Assembly (NCBI GenBank): GCA_963725235.1 | Contig: CAVRXN010000002.1 | Coordinates: 378,902 to 442,901, forward strand | Length of the DNA: 64,000 nt | Source of the DNA: an uncultured bacterium | Lineage (GTDB): Bacteria > Patescibacteriota > Minisyncoccia > UBA6257 > 2-01-FULL-56-20 | Direction: 5' to 3' | Shown here: piece by piece, positions 8,072 to 16,892 of the stretch | Position numbering within the stretch: the first letter of the stretch is position 1 | Layout of the letters: each line of letters begins with the position of its first letter | Notes under the pieces: model-generated | What the model was told of the DNA's origin: nothing | Database searches by the model: none | What the model saw: only the letters and a program-made list of their open reading frames with translations | Translations under genes and position numbers: made by a program

Positions 8072-8686
8072 ACTCACGACGATATAAAATCTTTTCTTGA
8101 AGAATTTAGCCCAAAACGTGATCGAACTATCGTGATTGTTGATTATGGAAATGTGGAAAAATGGAAACATAGTTTGGGATGGCGCGTAGGAATAAAAGAA
8201 TTAGCTGAGCTTGTTAAGAAGTTTTCGATCGGAAAGCAGCCTCTTCGAAGATTTTATTATGGGGCGGATTATGGAAAAGATGAAAAATCTGGGCTACTTA
8301 TTCCATGGTCGAAGGCTATTTTGGAAATGGCAGCAATGAATCGATTTGAAGTTATTAAGAAAAGAGTTAAGTACATCCATAATCCTGACAATACTCAGGG
8401 ATTTGAAAAGAAATGTGACCTTGATGTGGAGATGATAGTAGATTTGATAAGAGAAAGAGATAATTATGACAACATTATCTTATTCTCCGGAGATGGGGAT
8501 TTGATGTGTGGCATAAAATATCTATGTGAGGAATATAAAAAGTCGTGTATGGTATTTGGGGCAAGAAATCATACTGGTCGGGAAATTTTTGATGCGCAGA
8601 CTGCTGGATATGTCGCTAACATTTTTTATGCGGAAGATTTCGAATATCGATTAAGTCGAGATAGGCGGATACTTCCACATCGTTGA
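8069..8686 (+). CDS. NYN-domain (LabA/DUF88-like, PIN-fold) putative ribonuclease
   Basis: IVDYGN near the N-terminus, DLDVEMIVD in the middle and LFSGDGDL later, which matches the acidic-residue pattern of NYN domains. Confidence 0.65.
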   Translation: MTHDDIKSFLEEFSPKRDRTIVIVDYGNVEKWKHSLGWRVGIKELAELVKKFSIGKQPLRRFYYGADYGKDEKSGLLIPWSKAILEMAAMNRFEVIKKRVKYIHNPDNTQGFEKKCDLDVEMIVDLIRERDNYDNIILFSGDGDLMCGIKYLCEEYKKSCMVFGARNHTGREIFDAQTAGYVANIFYAEDFEYRLSRDRRILPHR

Positions 8687-8697
8687 TTGTGAGGAAG

Positions 8698-9669
8698 TTA
8701 TTTTCTAATTGATTTCCCTTTAATCCCATTCAGCACCTTCTGCACTTTCTTGATGCTCTCGTCATCCGCGATCGAAATGGCCATGACTTTTGGGTTTAGT
8801 TTCTTCAAAACAGTCAATCGCTTTTTTAATTCTTTTTCATCTAACAAATCTGCCTTCGACAAAAATAAATACTCAGGTTTCTTCAACAGCATCTTATTAT
8901 ATAAACCGAGCTCGCGGCGGATGGTTGTGTAGTCGGCGGCAGGCGACGCAGATTCGGCTGAAACGAAATGAAACAAAACGCCGGTACGTTCGATGTGCCT
9001 CAAAAACTTTATACCCAAACCGCGGCCGGTAGACGAGCCCTCAATCAGGCCAGGGATATCGGCGAGCACCAACTCATAGTAGACGCCGAGGTTTGGCTCC
9101 AATGTCGTGAAGGGGTAATTGGCGACTTTTGCGCTCGCGCGGGTCAGCGTGTTTAACATGCTCGACTTGCCGGCGTTCGGGAGGCCGACGAAGCCGACGT
9201 CGGCGATGAATTTCAGTTCGAGGCGCAGGTCATAGCTTTCGCCGGGGCGTCCGGCGTCGGACTCGCGCGGCGAGGTGTTGTGTGCGGACTTGAATTGCAG
9301 GTTGCCACGGCCGCCGATGCCGCCCTTCGCGAGCGCGATCTGAACGCCGGCCGCGACGATTTCGCTGTCTTCGCCCGTCGTCAGGTTATGTATGATCGTT
9401 CCGACCGGCAGTTTCAAAACTAAATCGGCACCGACGTGGCCATCGCGGAACTGGTCGCGCCCGTCGCGCCCATTCTCAGCGGCGAACTCTTTTTTGTAGC
9501 GGAATTGTCCCAAAGCAGAAAGATCCGAAACGCCGACAGCGAAAACGCTGCCGCCTTTGCCGCCGCTTCCGCCAGCAGGACCGAGCGACATCATGTTCTT
9601 ATTAAACGCCACCTTGCCAGCACCACCGTGGCCACCGCTGACTTTGATTGAGACCTCGTCGATTAGCAT
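8698..9669 (-). CDS. obg: GTPase Obg/CgtA
   Basis: Gly-rich Obg fold (GGHGGAG, GGSGGKGG, GGIGGRGN) followed by G-domain motifs GLPNAGKS, DIPG and SKAD. Confidence 0.95.
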   Translation of the reverse strand: MLIDEVSIKVSGGHGGAGKVAFNKNMMSLGPAGGSGGKGGSVFAVGVSDLSALGQFRYKKEFAAENGRDGRDQFRDGHVGADLVLKLPVGTIIHNLTTGEDSEIVAAGVQIALAKGGIGGRGNLQFKSAHNTSPRESDAGRPGESYDLRLELKFIADVGFVGLPNAGKSSMLNTLTRASAKVANYPFTTLEPNLGVYYELVLADIPGLIEGSSTGRGLGIKFLRHIERTGVLFHFVSAESASPAADYTTIRRELGLYNKMLLKKPEYLFLSKADLLDEKELKKRLTVLKKLNPKVMAISIADDESIKKVQKVLNGIKGKSIRK

Positions 9670-9681
9670 GAACGTATTATA
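9667..9681 (-). promoter_or_regulatory. -10 box abutting the obg start (TATAAT-N6-ATG)
   Basis: Minus-strand TATAAT at 9681-9676, ATG at 9669. Confidence 0.4.
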
Positions 9682-9743
9682 GCTCTATACTACCTGCATG
9701 GTATACTTATCACAAGGTCGATAGTTAACGAAATTAAAAAATC

Positions 9744-10004
9744 ATGAAACAAATGACGTGCCCAGCGATGGGAGGACCTGCGACGTGTACTGCGACGCTG
9801 AGCGGCAATACGCCGGAAGAGATGGTTGCGGATGGTATGAAGCATATCGAGACGGCTCATTCGGATATGGCAGCGCAAGTAAAAGCGATGTCGAAGGAAG
9901 ATACCGAGAAATGGTTTGCAGAATTCAAGACGAAGTTCGATGCTTTGCCGGAATTGCCGGCGGCACCCGCGACTCCCGCAGCTCCGACGACGCCGACGAT
10001 GTAG
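9744..10004 (+). CDS. DUF1059-family small protein with a Pro/Ala/Thr tail
   Basis: MKQMTCPAMGGPATC...TPEEMVADGMKHIETAHSD resembles the DUF1059 pattern. Confidence 0.6.
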   Translation: MKQMTCPAMGGPATCTATLSGNTPEEMVADGMKHIETAHSDMAAQVKAMSKEDTEKWFAEFKTKFDALPELPAAPATPAAPTTPTM

Positions 10005-10023
10005 GATTTGGTTTCGCTGTCAG

Positions 10024-10049
10024 AAAAATCCGGCTCGCGCCGGATTTTT
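10024..10049. terminator. Bidirectional Rho-independent terminator between convergent genes
   Basis: AAAAATCCGGC-tcgc-GCCGGATTTTT. Confidence 0.75.
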
Positions 10050-10058
10050 AATACAATC

Positions 10059-11360
10059 TTATTGCTGGCTGCTGCCGCAAACCTCGCCGTTCATGAACGC
10101 ACTGCTCGTCGCATAGGGATCGTATGCGGCGACCGGAACGGTGCAGCTCCAGGAAATCTGTGGCGCGATAAGTTTCGTCGCTATGCCGTCGCTGACGGTT
10201 ACGCTGCGGAGTGTGACATTAATCGCCGGATTCGTACCGCTGACGGCGAGGATGCTGACGCCGATCGCGTTGACCGGCAACACTTTTGCCGTGTTGGCGG
10301 GGATGGTGAATAACAAGGGAATGGAAACGCCGGTTGCGGAGCCGTCGGCCGCGGCGGTAGCGAGCGGGTAATCATAGAGCGATGCGCCGCTCACGGGGTC
10401 GGCGAAGCGCAGGACGAGCAGGCCGGTCGAGGTCGCGACGCCGGTATATGAGACGTCGACGGTCAGGCCCGTGATCGTTACAGGTTGGCTGTCCTGGTTG
10501 TCGAACGTGAAGCCGCCGTTGTTCGTGTTGTCTTGGAGCAAGCTGTCGGTTTCGGCCGCGACCGAGGCGACGAGGCGGCCGGGGTCGGTCGTGAAGTTAA
10601 AATCTTGCGAAACCGCGCGCCGGTCTGCGCCGGATTGCGGCGTGAGCGATACGGTGCAGACGTAGGCCGTTCGGACAGCGAAAATCGGATTTTGATTAGG
10701 GTCGGTCGCGAGCGCTGCCGCTGGCGGTGGAGTACACGACGTCGAAACTGCAAACCCGGCGGTTGAAGTAGTCATTAAATTCCAATTAATTTTTCCTGCC
10801 GCGCCCTCGTTTGTAACAAACGTCAGCCGTTCTGTGCTATCGAGCCCCTGCACGAGCGATACCGCCGTTTGGTCGAGGAATGATTGTGCGGTTAGGGGAG
10901 CGGTCGCTGCAGGCGTTGGTGTCGCGGGTGCCGGCACCGTTGCAAGGGATGGTTTTGCCTGGACAGTTTTTGCGACGACCTTCGGCGCTTTTATTGCAAC
11001 CGTAGTTGTCGCGGCCGTCGTCGTCGCGGTTAGTGGGAACGGCGGCAACTTAACCATCGGCAATAGATTCGGGATCACATTTGCAGTTCCGGCCGGCGTC
11101 GGTGTGGTCGAAGTTAAATTTGTCGCGGTCGACGAAGCGACCGTCGACGTCGTAAAAACCGGCAGCGGTATCATCGCGCTCTCAATAATCGCACTCTGCG
11201 CCGAAATCGCGACTGACGAAGTCGCGGCAGCAGCAGGCGTCGAGGTCGACACCTGACATGCTAAACCAGAATAGCCCGCGATCGAAAGCGTCAGCGCAAT
11301 CGCCATTTTTTGGAGAAAACCATGAACGACGTTATCAAGCAGATTGGACATCGCAAGCAT
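10059..11360 (-). CDS. Secreted/cell-surface Ala/Thr-rich protein, hypothetical
   Basis: N-terminal hydrophobic signal-like segment (MAIALTLSIAGYSGLA), then long T/A/S/P low-complexity, then a structured C-terminal half. The start at 11360 is supported by TATAAT-N6-ATG. Confidence 0.6.
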   Translation of the reverse strand: MLAMSNLLDNVVHGFLQKMAIALTLSIAGYSGLACQVSTSTPAAAATSSVAISAQSAIIESAMIPLPVFTTSTVASSTATNLTSTTPTPAGTANVIPNLLPMVKLPPFPLTATTTAATTTVAIKAPKVVAKTVQAKPSLATVPAPATPTPAATAPLTAQSFLDQTAVSLVQGLDSTERLTFVTNEGAAGKINWNLMTTSTAGFAVSTSCTPPPAAALATDPNQNPIFAVRTAYVCTVSLTPQSGADRRAVSQDFNFTTDPGRLVASVAAETDSLLQDNTNNGGFTFDNQDSQPVTITGLTVDVSYTGVATSTGLLVLRFADPVSGASLYDYPLATAAADGSATGVSIPLLFTIPANTAKVLPVNAIGVSILAVSGTNPAINVTLRSVTVSDGIATKLIAPQISWSCTVPVAAYDPYATSSAFMNGEVCGSSQQ

Positions 11361-11372
11361 TGTACTATTATA
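11358..11372 (-). promoter_or_regulatory. -10 box abutting the start codon (TATAAT-N6-ATG)
   Basis: Minus-strand TATAAT at 11372-11367, ATG at 11360. Confidence 0.4.
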
Positions 11373-11374
11373 CC

Positions 11375-11881
11375 TTACCGGATGTCGATAATGCGATATT
11401 CCTGTTCAGTGCCTGTGCCTGCTTTTATTTTCACGACATCGCCTTTCATATGTCCGATAAGCGCCGCGCCGAGCGGGGATTGGTGCGAGATACGTCCGTG
11501 CGTCGGATCCGTTTCGGCCGGACCGACAATTTCATATTTTTTTAATTTTTTGTTCAACTCCAAAACGACCGTCGATCCGAGTTGAATCGTTCCATCCCGG
11601 GCCGGCCCCGATGGAATCGCAACCGCGCGCTTCAGCTGTTGTTCGATTTCAAAAATCCGGCGATGCGCAAACCGCAGTGCACCTTTCGCCTGTTTGTACT
11701 CCGCATTGTCCGACCGATCACCATACGCAGCCGTGCGCGCCGCTTCACCCGCAAGCATCGGCACGCGCAGTTTCAAATTCGCGAGCTCCTTCTCGAGCCG
11801 CGCAATACCTGCTGGTGTCAGATGCACCGGTTCGCCATCCTGCTCACGCGATTCGTCATTTCGAAGCTTGTGGAGTTGCAT
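11375..11881 (-). CDS. GreA/GreB-family transcription elongation factor paralogue
   Basis: Coiled-coil tip reads GDRSDNAEY, and the C-terminal domain has ISHQSPLGAALIGHMKGDVV. It has a ~17-aa N-terminal extension relative to the second copy. Confidence 0.8.
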   Translation of the reverse strand: MQLHKLRNDESREQDGEPVHLTPAGIARLEKELANLKLRVPMLAGEAARTAAYGDRSDNAEYKQAKGALRFAHRRIFEIEQQLKRAVAIPSGPARDGTIQLGSTVVLELNKKLKKYEIVGPAETDPTHGRISHQSPLGAALIGHMKGDVVKIKAGTGTEQEYRIIDIR

Positions 11882-11884
11882 GGG

Positions 11885-12220
11885 TTAATACATCTCGTCC
11901 CTAATCCTCCCCAACTCCTTCACCACCTCCGCATCCGTAATCCGCATAAACCGCGGCCTCGTCACCCCATCCTTCGTCACATCCTCCATGAACATCCCGA
12001 GTGGGCGGAGATCGAACGATTTTCCGGCAATGTAAACGGAAGCAGTGTCGTACAGCGGCCGATAGACAACCATGTTCGCATCTTCTGGACGACAATCATC
12101 TTCCGTATGATGACCGACGCCCATAACTTCGTACGCATAGTTATTGATCGCGCCGTTCGGGTCGTGCTTATAGTGATAGTAAAAACCTTTTTCCGGAACG
12201 CGGTCGGGAATTTTTAACAT
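11885..12220 (-). CDS. DUF1653-domain protein
   Basis: GFYYHYKHD...YEVMGVGHHTED...VVYRPLY...RPLGMFME. ATG 12220 is preferred; the listed TTG 12265 is an alternative. Confidence 0.6.
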   Translation of the reverse strand: MLKIPDRVPEKGFYYHYKHDPNGAINNYAYEVMGVGHHTEDDCRPEDANMVVYRPLYDTASVYIAGKSFDLRPLGMFMEDVTKDGVTRPRFMRITDAEVVKELGRIRDEMY

Positions 12221-12265
12221 GATAAAATTTAATGAAAATTTAATAATCGCAAAGCGAGCAAACAA

Positions 12266-13528
12266 TTACTGATACTGAATATAACTCGGTTGCGGGCTGA
12301 GTTTCAATACCTGCGCCGGCGTCATCAAAGCGCCTAAAGGCCCAGCCGCATCATTCTTGTAGAACAACTTGAACCCCGTAAACTGGACGGGATAGGGGAC
12401 GATAACCTGCTCGTACGTGTTGATCTTTTTCGCCGGGAAGCCGAAGCCGTCCATATCCATGACGATCTGCACCGCCGGCAGCGGTTTAATCTCCGAAGTG
12501 TTCGTCACCATATCATCCGTGAACCGATGCACCACCAAGATTTTCGGCGGCAAATCATTCGCGGCGACGATGCTCGCGAGATAGTTCGCGGCCCAATTGA
12601 TATCCGACGCATCCATCGTTCCGATAACGGTACCCGGCCGTTCGCCGTTGTGCATATCGAATTCCGGATCGAGCGAAAGTTCGACATTCGGCAGCGCTAA
12701 ATATTTCTCTAAAAGCGGCACCTCGGTTTCAACATTACTCAAACCGACCTGAACATCGAGAAAAACAATTCCGTTAACCTGCTGCGCCATCGACAAGATC
12801 TGTTGAACCTGCGAGTCCGGCATTCTCAGTCGATATTTCCCATCCGGGCCCGGCGAGGCCTGTGCGGACACTACTATATAGTCGAGCGCCGGAACGACCG
12901 GCGTCGATGGATCCGCCGCAGCCCACATCGCCGTCGTCGACTCGAGCATCGCCAGAACCTGCGCCGGTGGATACTCGCCCAAAATACCCATCTGGGTCGA
13001 ATACAAATTGCCGTAATACGCGACGATGCGATGCGATGGCAATAACGCACCTTCGTCCGGATACGGCGCATTCTTCACCGGCCAACCGGTCACCGCAGTC
13101 GAGGTTACCATTATATTATGAAAAACAATCGACGATGTGCCGGTCGTCGGGTTGATAAATGTAGATGAAACGCGCAACGTCTTCGTAACGACCGGCAAGT
13201 TCGCGAGTGCGAGCATTTTCGTGTCGTACGCCATTTGCTCGGCGGATGTCAGCGGAATCAATGGCGTTGAAGAAGCGAATAAAGGAACATCCGAGACCTG
13301 CGTTAAAATCGGATCACTATTACCGTCCATACTAGTCGAACCGGTCGTGCTGGTCGCTGACGACGTTGCAGTCGTGGCCGTCGAAGTCGTCGAGCCAGAG
13401 TCCGCACCCGTATGCGAATTTTTAATAACTACAATATTCGAATTATTCATCGCAAAAAAGATAATCGCGACGATCACGACCAAAAAAAGGATGCCGCCGA
13501 CCAACCACCAAGTTCGTGATTGCTTCAT
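12266..13528 (-). CDS. Membrane-anchored extracellular protein of unknown function
   Basis: N-terminal TM helix, a Ser/Thr-rich linker, then a ~300-aa globular domain I could not assign. ATG 13528 has TATAAT 7 nt upstream; GTG 13534 is an alternative start. Confidence 0.6.
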   Translation of the reverse strand: MKQSRTWWLVGGILFLVVIVAIIFFAMNNSNIVVIKNSHTGADSGSTTSTATTATSSATSTTGSTSMDGNSDPILTQVSDVPLFASSTPLIPLTSAEQMAYDTKMLALANLPVVTKTLRVSSTFINPTTGTSSIVFHNIMVTSTAVTGWPVKNAPYPDEGALLPSHRIVAYYGNLYSTQMGILGEYPPAQVLAMLESTTAMWAAADPSTPVVPALDYIVVSAQASPGPDGKYRLRMPDSQVQQILSMAQQVNGIVFLDVQVGLSNVETEVPLLEKYLALPNVELSLDPEFDMHNGERPGTVIGTMDASDINWAANYLASIVAANDLPPKILVVHRFTDDMVTNTSEIKPLPAVQIVMDMDGFGFPAKKINTYEQVIVPYPVQFTGFKLFYKNDAAGPLGALMTPAQVLKLSPQPSYIQYQ

Positions 13529-13553
13529 TACCACAATTATATCAGAAAACTTA

Positions 13554-13580
13554 CAAAAAGAAGCCGCTATGAACGGCTTC
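13554..13580 (-). terminator. Rho-independent terminator
   Basis: GAAGCCG-N7-CGGCTTC, followed on the minus strand by TTTTTGT. Confidence 0.6.
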
Positions 13581-13608
13581 GTATGATATTCGCCGAACCT
13601 CGACGATT

Positions 13609-13794
13609 TTAGCTGCCTTGTGGCGGCGTTCGATCGCTCACCACCACACTGAAACTACCATCCGGCTTTTCCGTCGCTACGACGTTGCAGCCGTGTGCCC
13701 TATGGTACTGAGCTACTAGTGACTCCGCTATGGTTTTTCTGATTTCTGGGTCTTGAGATGCGGTTTTGAAATTGCTAACCAAGACTGTATACAT
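13609..13794 (-). CDS. Small hypothetical protein (61 aa)
   Basis: GAGGAGG lies 6 nt upstream of the ATG and a terminator lies downstream. Confidence 0.5.
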   Translation of the reverse strand: MYTVLVSNFKTASQDPEIRKTIAESLVAQYHRAHGCNVVATEKPDGSFSVVVSDRTPPQGS

Positions 13795-13837
13795 ACATTC
13801 CCTCCTCAGGAATCATAACATGAACTCAGTTATTATG

Positions 13838-15721
13838 TCAACCGTCAGCATCCCCGCCGCCGAACTGCGTTCGATAGAGCGTCGCGTACAAACCGCCGGC
13901 GGCGAGTAATTCCTTATGTCGTCCATGTTCGACGATTCGGCCTTTTTCGAGGACGAGAATTTGCGCAGCGTTTTGGATGGTCGAGAGGCGATGGGCGATG
14001 ACGAGCGACGTGCGGCCGGCGAGCGCATGGGTGAATGCCTGCTGGATGAGGCGTTCGGATTCGGAGTCGAGATGCGCGGTGGCTTCGTCGAGGATGACGA
14101 TCGGCGGAGCTTTTAATAGAACGCGCGCGATCGCGATCCGTTGTTTTTCGCCGCCGGACAAACGATACCCACGCTCGCCAATTACCGTATCGACGCCCTG
14201 CGGCAATGATTCGATCAGCGGCAAAATCTGCGCGTCGCGCAACGCGGCCGTTATCTCGGCATCGGTCGCGCCCGGCCGCGCGTAAACCAAATTCGCACGG
14301 ATCGTGTCGTGGAACATATGCGCCTCCTGCGTAACGACACCGATCATCTCGTGCAGCGAATCCTGTGTCGCCTCCCGAATGTCGACGCCATTAATTTTTA
14401 TCGCGCCCTCCTGAACATCGTACAGTCGTGGCACGAGTTGGGTTATCGTCGTTTTGCCCGCGCCGGATGGTCCGACGAGCGCGGTCAATTCGCCCGGCCG
14501 CGCGATAAAATTAACATCATGCAAAACTTCTTGCTCCGGCGCCGAGCTTAGGACGGCAACCGACTCGAGCGATGCGAGCGAAATTTCACTCGGGCGCGGA
14601 TAACTGAACGAGACATGATCGAATTCGATTTGCGCCGGCCTCTTTGGCAACGCCCTTGCGTCCGGCTTATCCACGACCATTGGCTTCAAGTCCAAAATCT
14701 CAAAAACGCGATCGAAAGAAACAAGTGTCGTCACGATATCGACTTGAACGTTCGATAACGCAGTTAGCGGCCCGTACAAGCGTGCAAGATATGCTGCGAA
14801 TGCGACGACGGTACCGACGTCGAGCAGGCCATGGATCGAGAGCACGCCACCCCAGCCATATGCTACGGCGACGGCGACCGATGCAATGAAGCCGAGACCA
14901 ACAAAAAAGAATCGCGTATAGTTCGCGAGCTTGACGCCGATATCTTTGACACGCGCCGCGCGCGTGCGGAATGCATTTTCCTCATCCGCACTGCGGCCAA
15001 AAATTTTCGCAAGCTGTGCACCCGCAACATTAAACCGCTCGACCATCAGGTCGTTCATCTCCGACGCGAGGTTGTACGATTCGCGCGTGAGCGCCTGGAT
15101 GCGCTTGGCTATGAAGCGGGCTGGGATGAGAAAAATCGGGATTAAAATTAAAGCGATGAGCGTCAGCTTCCATGACAAAATAAACATCGCGATCAAAATT
15201 AATAAGCTCGTTATAAAATTGCTGACGATCGTCGAGAGGATGTCCGTGAATGCGCTTTGTATCCCGCCGACGTCGATGTTCAGGCGCGAGACGAGAGCAC
15301 CGGTGCGCGTCCGGGTAAAGAATGCGAGCGACATTTTCTGGATGTGTGTAAAAACACGCGTACGCATCTCGTAGAGCATTTCTTGGCCGATGCGGACGGC
15401 GATGCCGCGTTCAAGGAACGTGAAGATCCCGTCGGCGAGCGCGATGAGCGCGATCCAGATCGCGACGAAAATGATCAAATGTTCATTATTTTTTAATATT
15501 CCGTTATCTATAATATCGCGATATAACAGCGGATTGATGACGCCGACGACGGCGTCGAGGATGACCCAAACCAAAAACAGGGCAAGCTGCCACTTGTATG
15601 TTTTGCCGAATTCGATTATACGTTTAGTTGTTCCGGGCGGGATAGTCTGCTTTAGGACGTCGCTATCGCGGGTGAGCGAGCGAAAGCCACCACGGCCGCC
15701 GGCGCCTCCAATATTTGCCAT
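13838..15721 (-). CDS. ABC exporter, fused permease/ATPase (MsbA-like type I exporter)
   Basis: Six-helix TM region, then GPSGAGKTT, LSGGEKQR and ILDEATAHLD. Confidence 0.9.
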   Translation of the reverse strand: MANIGGAGGRGGFRSLTRDSDVLKQTIPPGTTKRIIEFGKTYKWQLALFLVWVILDAVVGVINPLLYRDIIDNGILKNNEHLIIFVAIWIALIALADGIFTFLERGIAVRIGQEMLYEMRTRVFTHIQKMSLAFFTRTRTGALVSRLNIDVGGIQSAFTDILSTIVSNFITSLLILIAMFILSWKLTLIALILIPIFLIPARFIAKRIQALTRESYNLASEMNDLMVERFNVAGAQLAKIFGRSADEENAFRTRAARVKDIGVKLANYTRFFFVGLGFIASVAVAVAYGWGGVLSIHGLLDVGTVVAFAAYLARLYGPLTALSNVQVDIVTTLVSFDRVFEILDLKPMVVDKPDARALPKRPAQIEFDHVSFSYPRPSEISLASLESVAVLSSAPEQEVLHDVNFIARPGELTALVGPSGAGKTTITQLVPRLYDVQEGAIKINGVDIREATQDSLHEMIGVVTQEAHMFHDTIRANLVYARPGATDAEITAALRDAQILPLIESLPQGVDTVIGERGYRLSGGEKQRIAIARVLLKAPPIVILDEATAHLDSESERLIQQAFTHALAGRTSLVIAHRLSTIQNAAQILVLEKGRIVEHGRHKELLAAGGLYATLYRTQFGGGDADG

Positions 15722-15765
15722 GAGCGTTAAGAATTACTATTATACTACAGAGTGCTGCAAAAAGA

Positions 15766-15780
15766 TATTAAAAGGATATG
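15766..15780 (+). promoter_or_regulatory. -10 box abutting the start codon (TATTAA-N6-ATG)
   Basis: Hexamer at 15766-15771, ATG at 15778. Confidence 0.4.
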
Positions 15781-16890
15781 AAAAACGATAAGGAATTGAT
15801 CACGGGTTTGGCGGCGCGGGCGGGGATTGCGATCAATGGCGATGAGCCGTGGGATATTAAAGTGCATAACGAGGATTTCTATTCGCGCGTTTTACGGCAG
15901 TTATATTTAGGCCTCGGCGAATCGTACATGGATGGGTGGTGGGATTGCGACCGGTTGGATGAATTTTTTAATAAAACGATCCGCGCCGATCTCGAGGATG
16001 AACTAAAAAATTGGCGGCTGGCCGTACATTTTTTGAAAGCGCAGGTCGTCAATCGCCAGAAACGGTCGCGCTCCGCCGAAGTTGCACACAAGCATTACGA
16101 CATCGGCAACAATTTATACGAACACATGCTTGGCGAGAGCATGGCGTATACCTGCGGCTATTGGAAAGATGCGAAGACGCTCGACGAAGCGCAGAACGCG
16201 AAGTTCGATCTCGTCTGCCGGAAAGTTGGTTTGAAGCCGGGGATGAAAATTATCGATCTCGGCTGCGGCTTTGGCGGTTTTCTGAAATATGCCGCGGAGC
16301 ATTATGGCGTCAGCGGCGTCGGCATGAACCTTTCGAAAGAGCAAATTGCATTCGCGCGCGAAAAAGCAAAAGATTTGCCGCTCGAATTTCGGCTCGCCGA
16401 TTATCGCGACGCCCGCGGAAAATTCGATCGCGTCATTTCGATCGGCATGACCGAACATGTCGGCCATAAAAACTATCGTTCATTCTTGCAACTGGCACAC
16501 GATCTACTCAAGGATGACGGACTATTTTTGCTCCATACGATCGGCAACAATACGTCGGTGACTTCCGTTGATCCGTGGAGCGACAAGTATATTTTCCCGA
16601 ACGGCAATATTCCGTCGATCAAGCAGTTGGGCGGCGCGATGGAAGGATTGTTCGTCATGGAGGACTGGCATAATTTTGGCACGGACTACGATAAAACGTT
16701 GATGGCGTGGCATGAAAATTTTGTTAAAAACTGGGCGCACATTAAAAAAGATTACGATGAGCGATTCTATCGCATGTGGATTTATTATCTCTTGTCCTGC
16801 GCGGGCGCATTCCGCGCGCGAAAAATCCAGCTCTGGCAGGTAGTGTTATCAAAACAAGGCGTTCTCGGCGGCTATCAGACGGTTCGTTAA
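15778..16890 (+). CDS. cfa: Cyclopropane-fatty-acyl-phospholipid synthase family SAM-dependent methyltransferase
   Basis: HYDIGNNLYEHMLGESMAYTCGYW, DLGCGFGG and the C-terminal YYLLSCAGAFRAR are typical of the CFA synthase / mycolic acid methyltransferase family. Confidence 0.9.
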   Translation: MKNDKELITGLAARAGIAINGDEPWDIKVHNEDFYSRVLRQLYLGLGESYMDGWWDCDRLDEFFNKTIRADLEDELKNWRLAVHFLKAQVVNRQKRSRSAEVAHKHYDIGNNLYEHMLGESMAYTCGYWKDAKTLDEAQNAKFDLVCRKVGLKPGMKIIDLGCGFGGFLKYAAEHYGVSGVGMNLSKEQIAFAREKAKDLPLEFRLADYRDARGKFDRVISIGMTEHVGHKNYRSFLQLAHDLLKDDGLFLLHTIGNNTSVTSVDPWSDKYIFPNGNIPSIKQLGGAMEGLFVMEDWHNFGTDYDKTLMAWHENFVKNWAHIKKDYDERFYRMWIYYLLSCAGAFRARKIQLWQVVLSKQGVLGGYQTVR

Positions 16891-16892
16891 CT

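Noticed and set aside
16776-16892. N-terminal extension of the FAD oxidoreductase ORF (listed start 16776)
   Set aside because: It overlaps the conserved C-terminus of cfa in another frame. ATG 16893, just after the cfa stop, gives a sensible start.
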